DNA of 60,634 nucleotides, the filler included, from Diploschistes diacapsis (lineage: Eukaryota), in NCBI GenBank assembly GCA_023645945.1. It is 6 parts of 6 records of this genome, joined end to end, with 100 filler letters (N's around TTAATTAATTAA, not from the genome) between each part and the next. Parts side by side here need not be neighbours in the genome. Positions count along the whole stretch, not along the records: positions 10,145 to 20,167 come from JALAIB010000968.1; positions 20,268 to 30,290 come from JALAIB010000969.1; 4 more parts are not named here. One strand, 5' to 3'. Of the stretch, positions 11,485 to 21,362 are shown piece by piece. A program made the translations under genes and the position numbers. Numbering within the stretch: the first letter of the stretch is position 1; each line of letters starts with the position of its first letter. Below the pieces are notes generated by a model. The model did no database searches. It was given only the letters and a program-made list of their open reading frames with translations, and had not been told where the DNA came from.

Positions 11485-12462
11485 CTAGCGCAATGTGCGG
11501 CTGCCGGACGAAACAGCCGACGGTTCGACATCCTCCCTCTTCACCTCGCCCCGAAAGGATTCTCCCGCCGCGCGCATAAAGACCTCCTGAATCTCTGCGT
11601 TGTCCACCCGGCCCGGTATATCCCTCGCCTCGACTTCCCTCAGCTGCTCGCCATCCTGCACAAAGTGTCGAGCCGGGAGCATCTCGACGTCGACGACGGG
11701 CTGAATGCGATGCATAACGTCGTGGTCGTGGATCTCGCGGTGGACGACCTTGTGGGTGATGTGGTGGACGTGAGGCTTGATGGTCTCGTGCACGACTGCC
11801 GGGTGCCAGACCTCTTCCACGACGGTATCGGCGCTGTTGTACTTTGAACGGCGGACGACCTCTTCCACCGAGGGTATTCCGGTGTTATTCGAGGCAGGTC
11901 CCCGGCTGCTACCACTGCTCTTTCTGCCTGACGATCTTCCTGGCGATTTGCTTGGGACCGGCGACTCGTTGTATGCCGGCTGGCTGCCTAGCGGTTTTCT
12001 CGGTAGCGGCGGTAATGGTTGATTGTATGGCAAATCAGCACCAGACATATGTGATGAATATGCATTTGATGGCTGCTGTCCAGGTGCTGTGGCTGGCCTG
12101 CTCGAGTAACTCGGAACTGCCGAGCCGTTCTCGAAGGCGTTGCTGTTCCTCGCCGACCTTCTTGAATTGCTCGGACCTGGAACTGCCGGGCCGTCTTCTT
12201 CCGTGGTGCTGTTCCTCCTTGACCGTCTTGACGTGCCCAGAATTGCTGAACCGTCGTCCAGCGTGGCACTGTTCCTCCTTGACCGTCTCGACGTACCCAG
12301 AGCTGCTGAACCGTCATCGAGCGTGATGCTGCTCCTCGACGGCGTCGTTGTTGTTGCTGCTGCATCGTCGTCGTCGTGGCCCGAACCTCCGTCGTGTGCA
12401 TCTCTTTTCTTCGTAGTAAGATTCTTGAAACGTGAACTTAGGGAGTGCCTGGAAGAAGGCAT
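11485..12462 (-). CDS. Conserved fungal hypothetical protein with a Ser/Arg-rich repeat N-terminus and an 'allergen-like' His/Val/Glu C-terminal module
   Basis: 325-aa ATG ORF. C-terminal PAVVHETIKPHVHHITHKVVHREIHDHDVMHRIQPVVDVEMLPARHFV resembles the module in the divergent neighbour at 13621. Confidence 0.75.
   Translation of the reverse strand: MPSSRHSLSSRFKNLTTKKRDAHDGGSGHDDDDAAATTTTPSRSSITLDDGSAALGTSRRSRRNSATLDDGSAILGTSRRSRRNSTTEEDGPAVPGPSNSRRSARNSNAFENGSAVPSYSSRPATAPGQQPSNAYSSHMSGADLPYNQPLPPLPRKPLGSQPAYNESPVPSKSPGRSSGRKSSGSSRGPASNNTGIPSVEEVVRRSKYNSADTVVEEVWHPAVVHETIKPHVHHITHKVVHREIHDHDVMHRIQPVVDVEMLPARHFVQDGEQLREVEARDIPGRVDNAEIQEVFMRAAGESFRGEVKREDVEPSAVSSGSRTLR
12120..12330 (-). repeat. 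Coding tandem repeat, about 60-bp (20-aa) unit, 3-4 degenerate copies
   Basis: TLDDGSAALGTSRRSRRNSA / TLDDGSAILGTSRRSRRNST / TEEDGPAVPGPSNSRRSARNSN / AFENGSAVPSYS. The DNA unit GTTCCTCCTTGACCGTC recurs at 60-bp spacing. Confidence 0.85.
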
Positions 12463-13620
12463 GGTGGTGGATGAGTAGGTATGAAGGGTCTATGGGATTT
12501 CTGTGGTTCTGCAGAGTAGTGTATAAAATGGGCGTGTTGTGCGAGGTGGCGGTGACCTGAGCAGAACCGAAGGTGGAGACGAGATAGAGATAGATAGATA
12601 GATAGGCGGAGAGGGTGAAACGGAAGGGGCCAGTCGGGAGGATGCTCTTTCCGAGTTTTTTGGATAGAGGCTGCTGGCTGCCTGTATAATGTATTCTACA
12701 TTTTGTTTTCTACGAGATGGGAACTTGGCTTTTCACCTTCGGTCCCTTCCGGGTGGGTGGTAGGATCTAGTACTAGTACCGGTGCAGCTCAAGCTACTGC
12801 CAGAGCGAGCTTTTCACTCTCTTTCTCCCGCACTCAGGTCCAGTATAGTAATAGTGGATGATGACCTCACGAGCATTATTATTATTCTTATTGCCCGTGA
12901 TGATCGTCCACATTCATTACGTTGTTTGTTTGCTGCATTGGGGCCATAACGTCATTCCTCCCCTCATTTGATCTTTCTCTCACTCACACTCACCACTCTT
13001 TTCTCGCTGCGACTCTGGGACTTCCCAACGAACCGATAGCTGCTGGTACGGGTAAGAAGCGAATAGTTTCTCGCTTAGCTCATCCTGACATCAGATCGTA
13101 CCAATTCCCGAAAGGGGTTCTGTCCCATTTCAAGCTTTCTGGTCTTTATATCCAGCAGTAACTGGACAGCTTTTGAAGTTCTAGATACAAGGAACTGCTG
13201 GCTGCATGGCTGCTGCTCGATTGGCCACGAGCGTTGCGTTTGTTACGTCAGTTCGGTGGAGTGGAGTGCTGCTGTGGCTGTTGAGGGCCTTGATTGTAGT
13301 GCTAGATAGTAGTAGTACAAGATAGGTAGGTAGGTAGCCATTGAAATTAAAAAAGCCAATTGGAAGGGTGCTTGCTGGCTGTGGCTATGTCTCCTTGTTA
13401 TTATCAAATGGGGCTGGTGACATCAACCCTTTTTCTTTTTGTGGAAAGCATCATAGTTTTGTATCACAATCATGACGAGGCCAGTGGGTACATATATACC
13501 TTTGTTTTCTCTGTTTTATGATCTGATCCTACTTTCACCATTATCTTGGATCTGATCATTTCACCACAACTTTTGCACACCCCATCCACTTTTATCCATT
13601 TCCCCTCCACATCAGCAAAC

Positions 13621-15180
13621 ATGGACAAGGCCAAAGCCCAAATCTCCGAGTTCCTCGGGCATCACAATCACCACAGCACCACCGTGGAGGAGCGTGTGGC
13701 TCCGGCGGTAATTCCACCTTCTTTCTATCTCCCCTCTCTCTCTATCCCTCCTCCCCCTATCACTCTTTCCGCCTTCTCCATCCTCCTCTGCCCCGCCTCC
13801 CTCTCCTCTTCCACGTCACGATAACTGTATTCCAATGCTGACATATCTCCAAGGTAACGCGCGAGACGGTCAAACCGGCGGAGCACGAGAATGTCACCAC
13901 CGCCGTCGACCGCGAGGTGCACCAAGACCACTACCACACCACGGTCCAGCCCGTTCAGCACAAGGAAGTCCTGCCCGAGACACACGAGCACCAGGCCCGG
14001 CCGGTAGAGCACACTGAGCACCGTAAGCTTAACCCTGTTTCGCTCCAACCCACCCTTTTTCTTCCTGAAAGCAAGGTTTATCTGGCCTGCTTGTGTTTCT
14101 TCGCGTCGACAAGTTGCTCATAGCGCTCTCCTCCCCGCTGTCGCCCTTTCTCCTCGTTCTGAATTAAGAGTTTCCTTTCTATGGACTTCCGCTGACATAA
14201 AAAAAATATAGACCACGGCAACGCAGATGCCCTGAAACAGAAGCTCGAGATGGAAGCCGCGCGCTTCAAGGACGAGTCTACAACCGCCCAGGCCCAACAC
14301 ACTCATTCCACCCTGCCCACCGTCGGCGGCGAGCATCGTCACCATCATGTACATGAGGTCATCCAGCCCATCATACAGAAGGAGACTGTACAGCCGCATG
14401 TGGTACGTACTATTTTAATTTCAATCTCTTTCCTCCTTTCGGGCCTTGTTGGCGTTGGCGGTCGTCCTTCCGTTCAATCTAAGGAACCTTTTACCTTCCC
14501 CGGGGTGTGCTTGGCTTCGCTTCGCAATTTCTCCTACCTTTCCCCGTCCTCTACCCCTTCCTTTCTTCCAATCCCCCACGAGTTCCTCCAAGTTACCTCC
14601 TGCACCCACCTCCCTTTATTTTTTCGCTCACTTCTGTCCCATACAGGTCCACACAACCGTCCCCGTCCACGAAGTCCACCACAACGAAGCACGACACCAC
14701 CAAGCATCTGCTCTACCGGCCATGACAATGGCCGACTTCCAGCGCCAAGGCGGATCGCTGGAGGGTCGTGACAGCCGTTTTGACGAGTTCGAGGGCGAGC
14801 CCAAGGGAATGGTGGGCAAGGCAGAGGCTGCGCTTGGAATAGGCAAAGAGGGCAGGAGGGAGAAGGAGTTGAAGCGGGAGCAGGGCATGGGTGGTGGTGT
14901 TGGCGGCCACCATGGATTGGGCAGTGGCCTTGGTGAAGGCAGGAGAGAGCGGGAACTGGAGCGTGAACAGGGCACGGATGGCGGCATTGGCGGAGGTATG
15001 GGCAGGGACAATGTCGGAACCGGCGGTCTAGGTGGCCACCATGGGACGGGTAGTGGCTTAGGTGGAGGCCTGGGTGAGAGCAGGAGAGAGAGGGAGTTGG
15101 AGCGCGAACAGGGGCTCGGTGGTGCTGGCACCGGGTCCGGTCTTGGAGGCAGAGATGACAGGAGGGGTGTTGCCATGTGA
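13621..15180 (+). CDS. Fungal 'allergen'-type His/Glu-rich protein with a Gly-rich repeat tail; exons 13621-13707, 13854-14022, 14212-14402, 14647-15180
   Basis: Spliced MDKAKAQISEFLGHHNHHSTTVEERVAPA|VTRETVKPAEHENVTTAVDREVHQDHYHTTVQPVQHKEVLPE...GEHRHHHVHEVIQPIIQKETVQPHV|VHTTVPVHEVHHNEARHH. Three GT-AG introns restore a single frame. Confidence 0.85.
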
Positions 15181-16109
15181 GCAACAAGTAATGTCGGGTT
15201 ATCAATCACGACGGGATGGGCAGGTAATTCATAATATCTTAAGCAATACCTTAGTCAACCACAGTCATAATCAAATATTCATGCACATCCCCTGAGGCTT
15301 CTCTATTGCTTTCAAGCGCAATTAGTGGACACCCTCCATGGCTCATCATGGCCCGGGGGAATGAGTACTGTGATTGAAGTGGTGATGGAAAGTCACAACC
15401 CGTGCTCAGCACGGCCTGACCTGACACCTTGACATGGTTGGTAGTTGCCCCATGCCCCATGCACGCCTCTCGATGAATAATTCATTTGTTTACGTTATCA
15501 GCCTCCTCACCTAGTAGTAGTCACGCCGCTGCCTAGACCTGGATCCAGTATAACGGCCCGCTATTGACGAGCAAAAACGATGACAGTGTTATATGGTTGG
15601 CTAGTTGGAGTTTTTCCACCCCTTTTGATATGAAGGCCGAAAAGGGTTTGATTAAAAAAGCCTTGGCCAAACAAGCAAGGCCTGAGAAGCTACGTCTGTC
15701 TCTGTTCTCCTTCCCTTGAAGTCTCTTCTAATCTATTGACCCTGTCGCCTTTGCTAAAGCCACCGGTACCGCCCTCACTTCCCGCCCCGCCTCCTCTCGA
15801 CTGCTCCACAAATCGTGCGCCATTCACGCGCCTTGGGGCTCTGGAATTATATTCCCCTTCCCCTTCGTATCCCAGACATCGCATGGCGTCCAGCCTAGGA
15901 CCATGCCCGTGCGCGCCATGAGACGCTTCGTCTACGTCTTGTCACTTCTCAAAGCGTTTCTTACCCAAAGCCTCGAAAAACTTACGATCTCAAAAAGCAA
16001 AAAACACAAACTTACGATACTACCGGATACGAGACAATTTCTTGCCGCCAGGAAGTCAGGGGGGTCGTATATGGGATAGATGCTGAAAGAGTCCTGAAAG
16101 AGTTTCGCG

Positions 16110-16451
16110 ATTGACTTTGAAGGCTGCAGTATTGACAGTGGACCGGCAGGTTCCTGCTACGAATGGTTCAGCTACTGCCCATCGATGCCTCGAGTGAGTC
16201 GACGTACGGATATTTTCGCATTCGGCTGTGCAATCTACGAAGTTTTGACTGGGAGACCACCATACTATGAGCTCGAAACATCGGATGACCCATATGAGCA
16301 AGTTGAAGAGCTGTATGCAAACCAACGATTTCCTGATGCTATAAATCTTCCCCTTGGTCCACTAATACGGAGTTGCTGGTATGGCGACATCGACTCGATG
16401 AGCGAGGTTGTTCAGGCACTAGAAGCGTTTCGCACCGAGCCCCTCAGGTGA
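16110..16451 (+). pseudogene. 5'-truncated protein kinase fragment (C-lobe only)
   Basis: Reads IDFEGCSIDSG...RRTDIFAFGCAIYEVLTGRPPY...LIRSCW (subdomains VII-XI). An in-frame TGA lies just upstream and no N-lobe is visible. Confidence 0.7.
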
Positions 16452-16493
16452 AAGTTGTTATCATGAGCTATGGGGGTGGAGAAAGTGTTCTTA

Positions 16494-17129
16494 GGCCCTG
16501 TTTGGCGCCACGTAGAGCTGCTCTACGGTAGAGTGCATCTACGTAGATAACGGCCGTCATCTACGTAGAACACGTTCTACGTGGCGCGTTTGGTAGCCAG
16601 CTTTACCACGCTGGCGCTTACCATCCTCGGCCTAATAATCTAATCTCGACCTAGTAGTTTAATCTCGGCCTAGTCTTTTAGCCTTCCCAGCCTTCTTTAC
16701 GCATACGTGATGGTATTTTTACGATGCTCTCGCAGTAAACGTAATATTTATCGTAATATTAAGCTGCGTATAATTATAAATTGCGTAATATCAGCGAATA
16801 AAACAACGGTTATTTAATTTTTATTTTCGTGATATTTAGATTAAAAATCGTCTATTTTGGCTAAATAAAAAAGGGAAATAGGCGATAAAAACGGCGGCGA
16901 TAAAGTTTCGGTCCATTTTAAATTAATACGTAAAATATTATAAAAGTTCCCGAGTTTTTATAGTACTTTACGAAAATTTTAATAATCGTAGAACGCGTAA
17001 ACGCTTTACGACGTTTACGTAGCCGCTTTACGAAAAAAGGCGTTTGGTGAGAGCGTAGAATGTTATATGATCTCGTATACGCTACGTAAAGGCTCTACAC
17101 ATGCTCTACGCTGACTACCAAACAGGGCC
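16494..17129. mobile_element. Non-autonomous TIR element (MITE) with PIF/Harbinger-like ends and a RIP-like interior
   Basis: Left CTTA|GGCCCTGTTTGG and right CCAAACAGGGCC|TAAG form a perfect 16-bp inversion including flanks, with a subterminal CGTAGAGC match. The interior is AT-rich, TpA-rich and CpA/TpG-poor. Confidence 0.8.
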
Positions 17130-18803
17130 TAAGCCGGGGAAAGCCTGAGGTAGTGTTGTAGATGATCCGCCCCGGCGCGCTCCTCCGATATCACCCACCT
17201 TTTTTTGCCCCCGTGCAACTCGGGAGTGCATGATTTCAAGGGCTGCTTGGGTGTGCCTTTGAAGCTCGGAGTAGCTTTCCTTATTGATAGAAACTATCGC
17301 TCCTAACACGCCGAAGTTTGGGAATATTTTTTCAGATGCTTTTTTTGAGTAAATAAGTCCTTGGCTGACTAATGTACAAAGAACTCGTGGTCATCCTCGA
17401 GCGTCTTTGACTAAAGAGGAATTCTCCGTTCAGGTGATAGGTTGATGCACAAGAATTCTGCTTATAGAGATCTGCATCGTCTGCTTTATTGGATTTGACT
17501 TACTATTCGCTGATAAAGTAAAGGTAGGTAGGTAAAACAGGGTGGAGCGAGATCTCTGTGAAGCTTTACCTCTCTATCTTCTCATCGATTATGTCCATAC
17601 ATGGCGAGGTCACTATCTCCGAATGTAGCGAGGCACGAAATCCAAAACCAAGCGTCGAGAACTTGCTCCTAACGAATCGAACCGAAGCCTGCCCTATTTA
17701 CAACGGCAAGACACCGCCTAGTTCTAAAAGCATGGGTCCTGGTGTCACAAGGTGGATACTCTGCCTCTGCGACTGCCAACAGATATGCTGCTATTTATCC
17801 TCTCGTATCAAAGGCGTTTGCTATGCCATGGCCGTGGACAAGCCTTATTGGTGGTGTTACTACGAAAGCAAGGTGGGCTCGTGTGTTCTCCCGTGGCATC
17901 TCCCGTGGCCGGCCAGCCTTTTCCATGATCGGAGACGACTGGGCCATACAGTCTCAGCATTGGCTTGAAGGTTCTAAGCGGAATGCGTTGCGCCGGAAAC
18001 GGATCAAAGCGTAAAATTGAAGAGACGAGAAGAGACTTGCTATACTTCTGCCTACAGGCTATTCATAGGCATGGAGATGATCTCGCGTATGACCGGTAAC
18101 GTCAAATGGATCCGATTGCCGTTTATCTCTACAGCGACTCTCTCCAGAGATCCACTCAAAACCATCATTACGCTGCCACTGCTGGCTGTGTCAGCTCCAT
18201 TCGTAACGGAGGCCTTCTCCGTCGAGACCTGGGAGCACTCTTTACACGCGTAGACACTTCCTATCATTGATGATATCTACTGGCCGAGTGATTCTCCCTC
18301 GTAGCCGCTTCCTCCGTTCACTTTTTAAAGGAAAATATTCTGCACGGCACTTGAGCTGCTGAGGAGTCACCCTCCTTGGATACCTGTTGTTCATGATGAA
18401 TGACGGGTTCTGCATTCGCCGCTTCCATTGTTTCTTCGAGAGATGTGCCAACCCTCCTTTCTTCGATTGTCAAAGTATGGCTATTTCTAACTTGATGCTC
18501 AAGGGAATTGCTCCAGCTTGGGTCTCTCTGGCTGGTAAAGTAGCCATCACTCCAGGGAACAATCAAAGATTGCGTAGGCAGCTTCAGTGTATCGCTTTGG
18601 GCGGCAGTATAGCGCATTTTGGACGGAGCAATAATTCCGATACTGGGGCTCCTATCTCCTCCGTCGATGTCAACGCATGCCGCCGGTAGCTGTGAGGCAT
18701 TTTAAAGGCTGTTTGCGGAAGGAAGCGGAGAAGTGGAAGTATAGGTAGGCGGAGAGGGAGATAGAGCAAGGGATGGTGTACGAAGACTGCTACGACCCGC
18801 GAG

Positions 18804-19827
18804 TTGGACGACGCTATTACTAACGTCAGAAATATGATAATAGATGGAAGTGAGCTCAGTAAATTTTTCCACTGTTCTGACACCGAATCGAAACCTGCTC
18901 TCGAAGCCTTTACTAATTTGAACATCATGGCACCAGTAACAAGCATGCAAAGCTGGCTGGATGTTGTGACCGTGATCCATCGAGATTCGAATGAAGAGTT
19001 CCTTGCCTTGTTGTGTAAAAAGAGAAATTCAGAAATTAAGTATGGCAAAGCCAAGGACGATATAAGACCCGGGCTCTCTCATGCTATGAAAAAAATCAAT
19101 TGGGTGATCAACAACCCCAATCGGGTGACCAAGGGGAGCAAGCCATTGAATTTGAGCAACGTTAGGGAGCATCTTGAAGTTGCTTTCCGCTAGATGGAGG
19201 ATGTAAAGCAAGTAATAAAAGAGCTGTGTGCCAATTTAGTTGCCTCCTTTCAACAAGCTTGCTCGCCGACAAAGTGTTTTGGCGCCTCCTCACGGAATTC
19301 AGTCTCTTCGCGACCTCCCAAACGAAATGGCTCCAATGGTATGGGCATGGAATCCCTCGGGTGCTTGCTCTCATCCCTCCCATGGTGTCCTATAACAACA
19401 AGCATTGTCCAGGTTTGCGCCTCAATGACTGCGGCTTGTTGATAGAATGTTAATCAAGTATTTCAGGAATGCCTGACCTCTCACGAAACTCTCTGCGCCG
19501 AGAGACCAGTCGGGATCAGGGAAGCTCATGCATTTGCAGCTTCCTCTAGATGTGGGAAATATGATGGACGAAATTCCTAGCAAAACTTGGGACTTGGTGT
19601 ATATTCGGCTACATACCCTTTTCGAAGATGTTACCGAGAGAGCCCATAACAGTATCAACAACAACATGACGACAAGTTTTTGGCGGCGAAACACGGCGCA
19701 AAACCTGCACCAGTACGCGAGACTAATAATAACAGATAATGATAACATAAACGTGGATATTCGTGGCGTGAGATCTTTAGCAAGTTTTTGGCGCCAGTTA
19801 CCCGGTACTAAATTAGCGAATTTTTAA
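18804..19827 (+). pseudogene. Possible decayed gene of unknown family
   Basis: ORFs 18804-19193 and 19194-19442 are in one frame separated by a single TAG. Protein-like reading continues in shifted frames (19226, 19528). Confidence 0.35.
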
Positions 19828-20167
19828 AGAATTATTTTTCAAGAAAAAATATTTAAAATAAAAAGAAAGCTTTTTTAAATTTAGGATTTGGAACATCCTG
19901 AACGTTTATGGGTTCAAGGGTTGAACCCCGTAGGGCGGTAGGGCTGGCACCCAGACTATTTATTTGTGCCCTCCTCCCACCTAGATAGTTCCTTCCTTAC
20001 CTTTTCGAATCTGAACCATTCAGCCTACAGATGCCCAGTTACACGTAATCCTTCCGGATCAGGCTCAGCCCCCGGTAGTGTAGCACCTATTCCTATAGGG
20101 GCGTCCTATCGTGCGTGTAAACGGGTAATAACCGAAACTTTATAAAACTAATACTTATATTATTTAT

Positions 20168-20267
20168 NNNNNNNNNNNNNNNNNNNNNNNNNNNNNNNNN
20201 NNNNNNNNNNNTTAATTAATTAANNNNNNNNNNNNNNNNNNNNNNNNNNNNNNNNNNNNNNNNNNNN
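20168..20267. other. Assembly gap with TTAATTAATTAA linker
   Basis: Same 100-bp N/linker structure as the other gaps. Confidence 0.97.
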
Positions 20268-20271
20268 CAGA

Positions 20272-20576
20272 GCAGTTATTGTGACCGAAATAAATATATA
20301 TTTTACCATTAGCCTTTACGCCCTTTTTGCGGGTCTTTCAAGTGATGTTTATTATAAGTTTTTTTACACCCACGCTCCTTTAAAACAAATATCACCATTC
20401 GAATCAGAGTCATTAATTTAGTATAGTCACCGTTACCTTCGATATTCTTTGCTTCAAATAAACCGTGCACGTATATTAAGATGTAGTGGGAAGACATAGA
20501 AAATTCAGAAAGATCGGAAGTATCAACTCCGATAATTTACTTATGTAATAGCGTTTATTTCGGTCAGAATAACTGC
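20272..20576. mobile_element. MITE-like element, about 305 bp, with 23-bp terminal inverted repeats
   Basis: GCAGTTATTGTGACCGAAATAAA (20272-20294) versus TTTATTTCGGTCAGAATAACTGC (20554-20576), 22/23 match. AT-rich non-coding interior. Confidence 0.7.
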
Positions 20577-21175
20577 CCCCTGCCCACTGCCCACTTGGGC
20601 CGCTCTTTCTTTGCCACCAGCAAGCCCTCTTGGGATTCTCCTAGCTCTCCCAACAAGTGATCTATCGCTCTTCTATTAAGGCCATCAATGGCCCCCATAG
20701 TCTCAGAAAAATCTTGGATGGGACCGTGAGTAAGGACAGAAAACAGTGGACGTAGGGCGGCTCATAAGGATCTTCCAATATAGCTGTTCTCGAGACGGGC
20801 CCGATTGTTATGGGAACTATAGATGATTCAAGCGTCAATATAGGAAGAGCAAAATAGGTTCTTACTTACAAGGTGTCCTGCCTCGCAAAACCAGCAACCA
20901 TTTCGTTCCTTAGGTTACTCAGGCCGCCTTGCGTGTCTCTTCTTAGATTAGCTATGGTCTCTTTTGTTGCTCTTTTTAGGTTAGCTACATACGCTCGTAA
21001 GCTGAGGACCTCCATCTGTAGTCTTTTCAAGGATGCAAGGATAGCGTTACCCCCATTAATTGCGGGGATGTTTTGGCACACGTTCAATTTCAGTCTTGAA
21101 GCTGTTGATGGACTGACTGAACAGCTCCATTGCCTTCTGCCATTGTTGGATGAGAAAAATCCATGATCGTCCAAA

Positions 21176-21232
21176 CAATTTATTTATTACAATTTATTTA
21201 TTACAGTTTGTTTATTACAGTTTATTTATTAC
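21176..21232. repeat. 14-bp minisatellite (CA[A/G]TTT[A/G]TTTATTA) x4
   Basis: caatttatttatta caatttatttatta cagtttgtttatta cagtttatttatta. Confidence 0.9.
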
Positions 21233-21362
21233 TAAGCCCTAAATGAACTAGCGCCATTACCAATGGCTCATGGGCTCTTGCTGAAGGTGGTAGTACTCTT
21301 TTTATCCTACCGTCCCGTCTCTTCCCTGAGACAGGCGTTTGCAAGCTATCGTCAGTACGCTC

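Noticed and set aside
12579..12604. Short microsatellites: (GAGATA)n here, (CCGA)n ~39930, (GAT)n ~41700, coding (CAG)n and (GAA)n in MFAP1
   Set aside because: These are ordinary slippage repeats with no spacer structure, so not CRISPR-like.
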